This document shows positions 1 through 10,472 of a stretch of DNA of 28,342 nucleotides, piece by piece. The stretch spans positions 48,251 to 76,592 of the forward strand of contig JBJCIZ010000064.1 in assembly GCA_051294375.1 (NCBI GenBank). Direction: 5' to 3'. The notes beneath the pieces were generated by a model that saw nothing but the letters and a program-made list of their open reading frames with translations, made no database searches and was not told the DNA's origin. The DNA comes from Paraspadella gotoi (taxonomy: Eukaryota > Animalia > Chaetognatha). The position numbers were made by a program, and so were the translations under genes. The number at the start of each line of letters is the position of its first letter. Within the stretch, counting starts at the first letter, position 1.

Positions 1-747
1 ACTCCAAAACGAGACATCTTTCCAAAAATCAATAGCTGGAGGGTAAATTTAAGATTTTTATCAAATTGTGATTGGCTATCTTAAATCTTTTTTTTAGGTT
101 CTTTCATGATACTTATATAAATAATAATATTTTTTGTTATAATAATTTAAATAGGTCATATATTTTAAAAAAAGATTTAAAATTTTAGATAATTCATTTT
201 TTACTCATTGATCGAACCAAGGTGGGTAGCTTAATTTTTATGTTAGAGCTTTCGTAAGTATATCATTTTCTTCATTTTTTAAGGGCTTTCTGAGGATATT
301 AATATTGTTAATATCTTAATAAATAGTTTGTTTAAAAAAGTGTTAAAAGTTGAAAAAAAAAAGAATTTAAAAACAGTGAGTTGGAAAATGAAACCCGATT
401 TTACAAGCCAACTTTCTCTACTCATTGTCAAGGCATATTCTTAACTGATCAATATAAAATTTGAATACATAAATGACTTTTATATTTTCTACTCAACTAA
501 TTTTTAAAATCAATGAAATAACCACTGGTTTGAAATGACAGCGTTTTTTTACCGGCGCTTGTAAAATTGTCACCATGTACAATTGTACATTTTGTGCACC
601 GAAAACACACGTTTACTTTGGGAAATTCGCGTTCTACACTTAGCGGAGATTCTTCAGTCAGTGAGACTCTTGTCATAACCCTCTTTTGGACGGCGATGCT
701 TCGAACGCCTTGGACCGCAAGCGTGGAGACTGATAAGTCTTTTACAA

Positions 748-988
748 TAGGAGTAAAAAGGAGACAAGAGAAAGAAAGAGGGAGAGAGAGAGAACTAGTG
801 AAGACTGATGCATGGATCTCTCTCCTAAAAAATATGAAAAAGCCCTCTTGAGATTCATGGTGGAGGAAAGAGCCAGGGTTAGCTCTATTTTTTTAATCCT
901 CCGTTTGTCCCCATAATTTTTTTTAAATTTTGCCTCTCACTCTCTCTCTCTCTTTCTCCCTCTCTCTCTTCCTCCCTTTTACTCTTAT
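748..988. repeat. Imperfect GA/TC-rich inverted repeat (MITE-like or foldback)
   Basis: 748-~796 'ataggagtaaaaaggagacaagagaaagaaagagggagagagagag' resembles the reverse complement of ~932-988, 'ataagagtaaaagggaggaagagagagagggagaaagagagagagag'. Confidence 0.5.
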
Positions 989-2181
989 ATTTTTTTGTTA
1001 ATTTCATTTAGACTGCCTTGAAAAAGAATTTCTCAATGTAAATCGAAATATTAGCAAAAAAAATTAAAACTAAACTTGTATATCCCACCAAAAACTGTCA
1101 TATCTCAATATATTTCACCTGTGCATGAGATGTTTCTTCAAAAATTAAAAAAATTGGAACAACCAACATAAAAATTATGCATTAATTTAATAAATTAGCT
1201 ATCTTGCCCTTAACTTTGGACAGGTTAATATTACGGTGAGTTTATCAAGTCGCATAGAGGAAATGGCTGTATATATATATATATATAAGGGTAAAAAAAT
1301 GTTACCTTGTTAATATAATTATATCAAAACTAAAAAATAATAAAAGTTTCATGTAAAACTTTAAAATATAATTAAAAGCAATAGCAAAAAAATTAATTGC
1401 AAATGAGAGTATGTGCTTTAATCTCATTTGCATATTATAGTCCGGTAAAATTTTAAAATGTAAATATTCAATGATGGCGGTTTACTGAACTCCGATGCCG
1501 CCCCTAGAGGATGTGACTCCAAGAGAATAAAGAACTATTATAAGAGTGGTAACTTGGCGCCCCCAACAAATTGGGCACACAGGTATTTTAAACCATAAGA
1601 AATTTTTTTATCTGAGTAGACCAAAAATTCGAGATGGTTTCCTCGGATTTGGAGGATGTTGAAGTGTCTCATCAATTCATCAAATGCACTCAGTCTTAAA
1701 TTTTTTTTTGAATAAAAAATAATTATGTGGCTTAAATATTTATTATGTATTAAGTATTTTTTAAAAAGTTAAATTCAAATCTGTGCATATCTTAACCTTT
1801 TTGAAGGCTGTTAAAGTTAGTCGTCCACAAGAAATGCAGCCAAAGATTTTTTCGTTATTTTTTTATAGATTTCTACCAAACAGCATAGGAAGATACTTTT
1901 TATCATGCTCAATGAGAAAATTNNNNNNNNNNNNNNNNNNNNNNNNGTTTATAACCTTTCTTATGATGTTAAAATACATTGATGTTAGGGATGGTTTTGG
2001 GTTAGGGGGAGTTGGGGTTAAAAGGGTTACGAAGCAGCCACTAACAGTCCTTGGGTGGTATTACTAACCATGCCCTGGGCTCTCCTCTGTTGCCAAAATA
2101 TAATTTTCAGTGTTTTTATATACTATATACATTTTATACTATATATTAATTAATAGTACTCATGATTTTACTTCTTTACAG

Positions 2182-2594
2182 ACTCAGAGAGAGAAAAAAA
2201 TTTTATTTCATCGCTATCCACTCTGACCATAAAAACTTGCCTGACGATGATTTCGTCCCAAACAAAGCGGCTCACCAAAGAGGATTTTACGTATTTTGGG
2301 AGGATGGACCAGCCAGTCTTAACTTATTGTAAGTACTAAGTAGCTACTGAAAGGCACTGCCGTATATAATATCAATGCCTGTCTGTTCTATTTTCAATGC
2401 AAATACATATTGCATAAGTATTTAGAAACACATATAAAATAATACCGTTAATAATGAGCGGTCATTTTTAATTTAATTTACAGATGGATACTGTACTATG
2501 GCTTATTAACTACACGAGTTGTAACGTCACTTGTTAGGCGATCTCCTCCGGATTACGAACTTGTAAATTCAACAAAAACAAAAATCCATACAAG
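2182..2594 (+). CDS. Two internal exons (2182-2328, 2484-2594) of an unidentified spliced gene
   Basis: Splice sites ttacag|...|gtaagt and ttacag|...|gtaagc. The exons join in phase into an open frame: LRERKKFYFIAIHSDHKNLPDDDFVPNKAAHQRGFYVFWEDGPASLNLLWILYYGLLTTRVV... A noisy second copy lies at ~25198-25611. Confidence 0.55.
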
Positions 2595-3033
2595 GTAAGC
2601 GAAGTAACATGAAAAGTTGCGCTTACCCGTCATTAAATCATATACCAATTTGTTTTAATTAATTATTGTATGAATCAAATTTTCAATAAAATAGTTTCAA
2701 AAATTTGTCGGTTTCCTTTATATGGGGGAGTAGATAAAAGTTAGATATGATACTATGGTGTAATGCCCTTTTGTTGTTTATTCCTTTATNNNNNNNNNNA
2801 AGGTTGATATCCAGTCTATCGACACTCAGACCGCTTGGTAGATGGCAAAACAACTTACAACCTATTTAAAAGCAGTATGAAACTAAAGGTAATTTATTTT
2901 AATATTTCAAATAAATCTTATTCTTTTTGTTTGATTACAATCCAAGACATGGAAACTTTCGGCTTAATTGTGAGGCTAAATATAGCTTCAAAAAGTCTAA
3001 ATAGAATTTTATGTTTATGAACAATTATGCCTA

Positions 3034-3806
3034 TTTGAAGCAGGACAGTGATATTGCTATGAGTTAGGACAGAACCGCGTTCAATATAAGCCAGTCCCGC
3101 GCAAGCTTCGGGGACAGGCGGAATCACCGATATCAGGCGTGCGTAATGCGTGTCCCCGTTCTCTCTCGTGAACGTGGCAGACTGCCCCGCGGCGTGAGCT
3201 GTAGAACCCCGGATCCCTTTGCCGGCTTTGGAGGCTCGTACGTATGATCTTCTCTCTCTCGGCACGCATGGCCGTCCGTCAAATGACAACGTGCTTGAGT
3301 GGACCACAGATTGTATTCTATTAGTGTACCTACCATTAACTATCTCCCCTCTCCGTAGCGGAGACAGTCTGTTGCCTGCCTTCAGGTGAACTTGTTGATT
3401 GTTGGTGGAAAGTTCGTCACCAAGCTCTTGAGCATGTCGCATCTGATGTAGTTAGTTGGGCGGAAAAGTTGCATCGCCAGGTTGAGGGCAATTCGCCTGC
3501 TCGCGCGCGCAGCAGTGCTCGCTCGGCTGTGTGTTTCGGAAAAGTCGCAGGTCTCGACCATATTAAACAGTAATTATGTAGGTTAGCTGTGTGTAGTTGA
3601 CAGAACCGTTCAATATAAGCCAGTCCCTGAGCTTCGGATCAGGCTGTAACGAGCGCATGTGTACGAGGCGAAGCGCCGCCGTCGCCTCTTAAGCGTGCCA
3701 GACGACCAGCGGGTAGAACCCAGCCTTAGTGTTGGAGCGAAATACTTGCCTCCATTCACGCAATGGGCCGCTGATTAGAAACGCCGTGGATTTTAGTCCA
3801 CCATAA
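3034..3806. mobile_element. Small non-autonomous element with terminal direct repeats (TRIM / mini-LTR-like)
   Basis: Absent from copy 2, whose empty site is 'tatgccttacctgttac' at ~26043. Diverged direct repeats ~3034-3308 and ~3570-3806 share 'gacagaaccg(cg)ttcaatataagccagtccc', 'gtagaaccc' and 'cacgca(a)tgg'. Flanked by ccta (3030-3033) and cctta (3807-3811), a probable 4-5 bp TSD. Confidence 0.65.
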
Positions 3807-4095
3807 CCTTACCTGTTACCAGAATCTAATGATTTATTAATATAATTAGCGATGCTTCCCCGTGTCCGTTTCCGAAAGACACCAAAAAAATCTTTACTCT
3901 AATTAATATATCTGATAAAGTTAATTCATTAGTTAATCATTAGTTAGACAACTACTGGACGTTATTTGTGTATAAATTTCATTTCATTTTTGTTTAACAT
4001 ATTAAAATTTATTAAAAATTCTATTCGATGCATTAAATCATTTTATATCATTAAAAATAACTAACTAGTTAATGGCGTATTTGAATTCTTGTAAC

Positions 4096-4351
4096 NNNNN
4101 NNNNNNNNNNNNNNNNNNNNNNNNNNNNNNNNNNNNNNNNNNNNNNNNNNNNNNNNNNNNNNNNNNNNNNNNNNNNNNNNNNNNNNNNNNNNNNNNNNNN
4201 NNNNNNNNNNNNNNNNNNNNNNNNNNNNNNNNNNNNNNNNNNNNNNNNNNNNNNNNNNNNNNNNNNNNNNNNNNNNNNNNNNNNNNNNNNNNNNNNNNNN
4301 NNNNNNNNNNNNNNNNNNNNNNNNNNNNNNNNNNNNNNNNNNNNNNNNNNN
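4096..4351. other. Assembly gap (256 N)
   Basis: N-run. The other gaps are 1923-1947, 2790-2799, 6190-6214, 6319-6328, 24375-24399 and 28141-28257. Confidence 1.
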
Positions 4352-4504
4352 CATTGTTTGCTCAAACTTGTTTATTTTGTAAATCTTAGGTCCAATTAAA
4401 AAAAATGCTGTCTTAAGCATATTCTTGATTCTCGCGAAAAATTATTTTATATTGTAAAAATTTCCAGTTACTGCTTTATTTAATGGTGTATCTGAATTTC
4501 AATA

Positions 4505-5980
4505 TACCTTTCGAGGAGACGTCTCGAAAAAGTAAATAGATTTTTGTTAGCAGGAAATATGCCCCTTCTACATCTGCCGAGTTCTTTTGCCAGACGTCGA
4601 TAACTTACGCCCTCTTGAAGTCGTGGCGTATCGGCCAAGTGGTGGCGGCATCATTTAAGATTCAGGAGTCGCGAGATTGCGATCTTTGATTAAACTTGAG
4701 AATAGGAGTCATAAGTCGATAAACGATGCTGTCACTATTCTGCCCACAACTGTGTCCAGTCTCACTAGCACCTGCGAGGAGAGGAGTACTACCAGATATT
4801 ACAAAGATTCCCTAGATTAAACTAAAACGTTACATAAAACTAAAAGTCTGAATATCATCAAAAAAATTCAATTGTCACTATAGTTAGATCACTTGAGAAT
4901 ATTTAGCACAGATTACTAACTTTCAACCAACACAAGAATCAGAAATTTAAGTTTGTCGTAATAAATTGTATCCAATTATTTACAAATATATTAATGAGTT
5001 GAAAATAAAAAAGTCACTAGGAAAAAATTCAGATATATTAAAAAAAATAGAAGGTTACAAAGTCAAGTTTCACAACAGGAGTAAAGATTCAATTTGCAGA
5101 AAGTTAAATAGTCTTCTTTTACTATTATACTAAAATTAATAAATAAAAACAAATCCCTAAACACCCCTAGGTGGGAATGGCGTATTTCGAAGGGTGCTTT
5201 CGATAAAAACCTAACTACATTGGTTCCTTGCGAGCACTCTTGACTTAGCTTAGAATAGAGTCCCACACAAATAAGATTTTCTCTAATAAAAAGTTTTCAC
5301 TTTTGTCTTAATGTAAAAAGCCGCCTTTCTGAGTGTATTTCCGCGCGCTCCATCAAAAATGAATATAATATCCTTCCAACTATTGTATCAGGGGCTTTCT
5401 ACCAACTTTTTTTATATTAAAATCTCTAAAATAGATAGCAAGTTCGAAGAAGATAAACCAAAAAATAAAAAATCGTCACGATAATTTAATTAAGAGTAAA
5501 TATCATTTATGTTGATTTTTACCTACCCAAACCTCCTTCGATAGTCAATTAATAGATCGAGATCTGAAAATGATTAATAAGAATTTTCTTATAAGCAGGG
5601 TTTTCAATCACTAACAAATTCATTATTTTTCTAAGATCGAGATCACGTTAATTATTCTACCACTTTATATTAATACATCAAAATTTGTAAATTATTAATT
5701 ATCTAAAAAATTATAGAAAGTATATTATAACCGAAAATAACTGATTACAGTTTATAGAAATACTTGGTGCATTGATCCGTCCGCAAGCTAAATCATTTGA
5801 ATCTTTGATCTTGTCATACGGAAAAAATAATCCGCCACATAAATAATTTTTTTAATATAAAATATAAGCGCTTAAAATCATTCTATAGGTCAGCAAATAA
5901 TTAAAATACATGAGTATATATTATTAATAGAGCAGTAATCACTTAATTGAGAGATTAATCATCCATGCTTAGTAACTAAA
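4505..5980. mobile_element. ~1.5-kb insertion flanked by a ~63-bp direct duplication; possibly a degraded retroelement (weakly Penelope-like)
   Basis: Absent from copy 2. The flank 'ttattttatattgtaaaaatttccag...tctgaatttcaata' is present at 4442-4504 and 5981-6043 but only once in copy 2 (~26738-26804). Short + strand open stretch at ~4962-5133 (LYPIIYKYINELK...SICRKLNSLL). No RT catalytic motif seen, so the family call is weak. Confidence 0.6.
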
Positions 5981-6872
5981 TTATTTTATATTGTAAAAAT
6001 TTCCAGTACTGCTTTATTTAATGGTGTATCTGAATTTTCAATACATTTGAATATTTAATGAATAATTAATTTAATAAAGATTTTTTTTTTTTAAGTTTTT
6101 TTTTATTGAAAACGAAATTGGATGATCTTTAAAAAAGGTTTCTTTACATGAGTAAATGTTAAATTACTTTTATGAAAATTAGGACATAANNNNNNNNNNN
6201 NNNNNNNNNNNNNNTAAATGTCCAGTACTTTGCTACAAGATGGCTGAAATTCATTCATTCAACGAGAAATTGTAAGCATTTTTGGTGTCACTCGCGAACG
6301 GACACAGGGTATTTTGTCNNNNNNNNNNTGTCTCAATAACCGCTGATTTCCAAAGTTTGATAAGTTAGTGATATTAGTGTGGGTTCATTGTAGATTCCTA
6401 ATTATCAACGTGGCCTTTAAACTTGTTTTTATATATCAATGTTCTCTAGTACAAGACTGTTCATAATCAACTATTCAAATTTTGATCGGCAACTTTCACT
6501 ACGCCTTACTGTACATAAGTAAATATTCAATTAATTTAATGAAATTTAGATAGGAATAATAAATGTGCTGTAAAATGGTAGGAAAAAATATTCAAAACAT
6601 TCATTTTTTTGTGACATGGGGTAGTTTGCTGGATCTTGTTTTTATTTACAGAATGAGGCTGTCCCACGAGACCCTTCTTTAGTAATTTTATATTTCTGTG
6701 TAACATAACTTGGAAGTTCAAGATAATAAACGAAAGGTAAAAAAATAATTCCCAAATAAACTAATGTCATACTTATGCGTGATCAAAATTGCTGCATAAA
6801 TCGTTGAGCGAATTTTTAGTTAAAATGAAATAACAATAAAATGTTCATTTTTAAAAAAAAATATTAATGCAG

Positions 6873-7178
6873 TTCAACCGCTTCACATTATCGCTGATTT
6901 GTTGCTACGCATTTATTCATAAATTTAAGGATGCCGACATCAAATTTATCAACCAACACTCAACAACGGTCGGTATACAGCAAATCAAATCAAGAGCACA
7001 TTTGACCCTCGGTATAACAAACGTGTCATTCAGGTAAAGATACTTTAATCAATGTTTATTTCTATTGCATCAAATTGATACTTTTTAATTCTATATTTTT
7101 TGACAAATATTTAGGCCAATCCGAATGCACTGATCTCAATTACAACAAGGTTTTCTCAAGAAAAACTCTTAATCACTG
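6873..7178 (+). CDS. Two further candidate exons (6873-7033, 7115-7178), possibly of the same spliced gene
   Basis: Splice sites tgcag|...cag|gtaaag, an 81-nt AT-rich intron, then tttag|gccaat...ctg|gtatct. The joined frame reads ...YTANQIKSTFDPRYNKRVIQ/ANPNALISITTRFSQEKLLIT. The first exon needs a frameshift correction. Confidence 0.4.
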
Positions 7179-7879
7179 GTATCTATATCTTTTCTGATTT
7201 GGAAATGTTTAAGGAATTATGCTTTTGTAAATGTTTTAATTCAAAGAAATAAACAAGAACAATTGAACATACACATGTTTCAAGTTTGTTAATTGCGAAA
7301 AGTACATGGTTGTTAGTGACTGTGCTTGATCTGGGCCAGAGTAGATGAACTTGGTTCAGGTTTTGTTTTGAGCATGAACAATAATATGATTAATGCTTAA
7401 CAAGTTTTTTAATACCCTTGATTTACATTTTTTTAGCTTTCAGTGGTATTTTTATATTTGAATTAACTAAATTTTATTTCATTTTAAAGAGGAGAAAAAA
7501 TGCCTCGTTCATTACCTCATATTTATTTTCGCTTTAATTATAAGTACTTTTTAATCATAGAAAAATTGTATTGAGGTTATATCAATTTGATCTCTTAATA
7601 GCATAAATATAAGAAGACTCATTACAAGTATTTAGAATATATATCATATAAATGCAAGCCGAGCATTTAAACGACTTATTAATCTTTTTATTTATAACGA
7701 TTGAATAGATACCTGTCACGAATGTTACATAACGAGAAAAATCCTACTGTAAATGCCCTTGTATCTCTGCGCATTTTATATTTAATTTATCTTTTTTTGG
7801 CTATATTTTATATTATTATTATATTTTATTTCAAGATTTTTTAGCTTATTTATGCATAATTTGTATAAATGAATTATTT

Positions 7880-9741
7880 CCCTTTCTATTTTTTTACATG
7901 GGTGTTATTGTTCCTTCGTCCGAGGCTTCGGTAGTTAAAATTAATTCTTATGAGGCCCGGATCACGCATCCGAGGCTTAGGCTAAATTCGGCGTTCTAAA
8001 TGATTTGAACTACGTAGTACTTTCTTTGTAGAACCAAAACGGAATCGCTTTAAATACGCGAGTTGATCCGCGGAGACAGGCGTTTTTCCGCGTCTTTTTT
8101 GCCGATTAACTTTTGAACGCGTCGTCCGATTTACATAAATTTTGGATTTCGGTAATTTCGGCAATTCTCTTTCCACGATACCCAAATTTTATGGTAAATA
8201 CGTCTAGTTTCGAAACGACTGACATCCCTTTTTTAAGTAAAATTCAATGGCCTCCTTAAGATCATCGCGAGTTTAAAAACCATACCTAGTTTTCATAAAC
8301 TTTTTTTAAAAACCATTGACCGCCCAGCCGGTGGTCGGTTGGGAATCGCTTTTTGGCGGGATTTCCCTCAAAAATTTGCAAGTCATTTGCGCAATAAAAT
8401 GGGAAAAACGAAGACCTTGCCAACCAAAGCTCGCGTAACAGAACTCGAACCCAAATTCCGATCCACTTTATCTACCTCATTCTTGCAACCGGCGAAGGCC
8501 TACGGCGGTTATGGCGATCTTAGAAAATTAGTTTCTGGTCTAATTTTATAATTTTTCTTTCTTTTAAAGAAAGCACGTCACCGTTTAACGTTTTCGACGG
8601 GAGGCCTCGGAATCAGCGTATGGTCTAAATGCAATCTTAATATTGGATCTGCGAATGAATTCCGTCAATGTGATTTTTGACCATACGTTCGACGTATTCA
8701 TCCACCGCTCTTAAAAACCAGCCATTCCTCGCGATAACTCTGCATTTGCGCTCTCTGACTCTCCCACCTGTTTAAGAACTCGTTCTCTTACTTGCCGCTC
8801 TGAGTAAAAATTTTAAAAAAAGCCTCAGGACATGCGACAACCATTCTCGATTTTTTTTCGCCCTTAAAAAGGAAATTCTGAATTCAGCGGCTCGCTCTCT
8901 GCGCCTGTGGCTCTCTGTATTTAATCGGGTCGCCACATTGCGTCCTAGGCTAAAAAAAAAAAAAAAAATCCTGGTCCGGTTTTTTCCGACTGGAACGAGT
9001 CTTTCTTTAGGGAGATAGGTGATCACCTTCCCACCCTTTTTGTAATCTGTCTACCGACCAACCGTCAAAATTAAATCCTCAAAGCCCATCGATTTCGACT
9101 CTGAAACGATAGGTGTACGAGGTTCAGCAATAGATTGTTTCACACGAAACCGAAATGCGAGTTGACTTTAAAGATGGCCCATCCCCAGCGACGCGAGACA
9201 CGGAGGGGGTCTTACAGACCCCGGAGGTGTTTCTCTCAGGTAAGGAATTTTCCCCGATGTTCGGGAGTGGCCGGTTGTTCCGCCTCTTTCGATCACATCG
9301 ACACGAGATCGAGAACCGTCGCACCGCATTGACTCGATCCTCTCTCCCCTCCTTCCCCAGAAATCCCTGTCGCGCGATGGGGAAGCGTGGATCTCAACGC
9401 TCCGCCCGAACGAACATATGGAGTTCCTCAATCTCCCTCTCCCGCGGAACAAAGCGCCTATGGAAGCAACGCTGGGGCCGAAATCGCCCGGAAAAATTCC
9501 GATCTGAGTCGGTGAATGATCTCAGAGAATCCCGACAATCGACGAACAATCCTCTGCCCTTTGCCGGACGACTGCTGAAGAGTTCTTCACTTCGACAACC
9601 TGCCCGTTCTCGTCCCAAGAGCAATCGGGTGTCCTTCCGACTTGGACAATCTGTTTTCAGAAGGCCGGACGCTTCGATGCTTCGGTCCCGTGGAGGAAAC
9701 AAAACACGCCGATGCCTTTTCGCTTCTTTCCGGGCGTCCAT
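7880..9741 (-). CDS. Hypothetical protein, frameshifted (gene A of the dense block)
   Basis: ATG at 9741 in the context cccATGg (MDARKEAKRHRRVLFPP...). A chain of overlapping minus-strand ORF fragments follows (9394-9939, 9168-9452, 9124-9324, 8772-9026, 7982-8185) in CpG-rich sequence. The end position is approximate and no family was recognised. Confidence 0.45.
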
Positions 9742-9876
9742 GGGTTGTATATTATAAAGACAATCCGTGACGTGAAGCCCGACTTTGTAAATAGGCGTTT
9801 GAAAACGCGATGTCCGCTGCGTCGGCCTTTGTATCGACGGAATGATGCCCTCCAAACAACGCGCTCCGTGTACATC
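9742..9876. promoter_or_regulatory. Candidate 135-bp bidirectional promoter
   Basis: Lies between divergent ATGs at 9741(-) and 9877(+). Contains a TATA-like 'tatattataaa' (9748-9758) and a CRE/ATF-like TGACGTGA (9768-9775). Confidence 0.4.
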
Positions 9877-10472
9877 ATGGACTCGTCGTCTTCGGACAAA
9901 ATCGACAGCGAGCAACTCGGAACTATTTTCACAAATCATTGATTCTTCGACCGTTTCCGCGGCCGCGCCCTGCGAGCCGCGGTCCAGTTAACCGCCAGAC
10001 GCCGAAATACCAGTGGCGGTGCTGGCTTTCGACGAGCTGCCTTTCACCTCGACCGGAGCCTCCACTTCCGTCGCAGGCGCTGGAAAACTGCAGCCACCTG
10101 CCGACTCCACCCTAAGGGAGAGGCACAAAACCGGATCGAAAGCGCCGTGCGCCGCTTCGACCATCGATGACGACGAGGATGGAACCCCACTGGCTACGCT
10201 GGCGGAAGGCGGCAACGAGACCATACGCCGAAAAACGGCGTCGCAACAACGTCGCCGTCCGCAAGTCTCAGCGGCCAAGGCCAAGGAGCGCCAGAAGCTG
10301 TGCGAGGGGAAGTGGATGCGGGCTCAAAGCCGAAAATGAAAACTCCCTGAGCCGAAAAGTGAAATGTTGGAGGAGAGAATGTTCTCTCTTGAGGGAAATT
10401 ATTCGGAAGGTTGGCATTAATATGCCCACCGTAAGTAATGAACTACTTACGTTCCTCATTGCGTTCAGCTAG
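9877..10472 (+). CDS. C/EBP-family bZIP transcription factor, intronless, frameshifted in this assembly
   Basis: Start atcATGg (MDSSSSDKIDSEQLGTIF...). Basic region YAEKRRRNNVAVRKS (ORF 10167-10472) continues across a frameshift as AKAKERQK (ORF 10013-10339), then LKAENE..LSRKVK..LLREII zipper heptads. This matches the C/EBP signature Y..RR.RNN.AVRKSR.KAK. An acidic DDDED patch lies upstream. Confidence 0.88.

Larger units (their letters stand above)
1468..7601 (+). repeat. Long direct repeat, copy 1 (contains two extra insertions)
   Basis: Colinear with 24410-28342 throughout, e.g. 'cacaggtatttta' at ~1578 and ~24504; 'aaggttgatatccagtctatcgacactca' at 2800 and ~25827; 'ctcttaatag' at 7592 and 28331. 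Differences are mostly 1-nt indels. Confidence 0.95.

Noticed and set aside
575-590. 16-bp palindrome atgtacaattgtacat and an overlapping CxxC peptide (MYNCTFC)
   Set aside because: Isolated and AT-rich; the His spacing does not give a convincing zinc finger.
1270-1286. (TA)n tract
   Set aside because: Ordinary short microsatellite.
2918-3442. 174-aa minus-strand ORF
   Set aside because: It crosses the junction of the TRIM-like insert into flanking DNA and has no gag/pol motifs.
4061-4420. ORFs spanning N-runs (also 1783-2067, 24196-24426, 28053-28337)
   Set aside because: They are open only because N codons contain no stops.
4618-4690. tRNA/SINE-like stretch 'gtcgtggcgtatcggccaagtggt...'
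   Set aside because: Only an A-box-like word is present; there is no convincing B-box (GTTCRA) or cloverleaf.
9155-9757. 200-aa + strand ORF, and similarly 13753-14298(+) and 9988-10284(-)
   Set aside because: Probably antisense shadows of GC-rich genes on the other strand; they have biased composition and no motifs.
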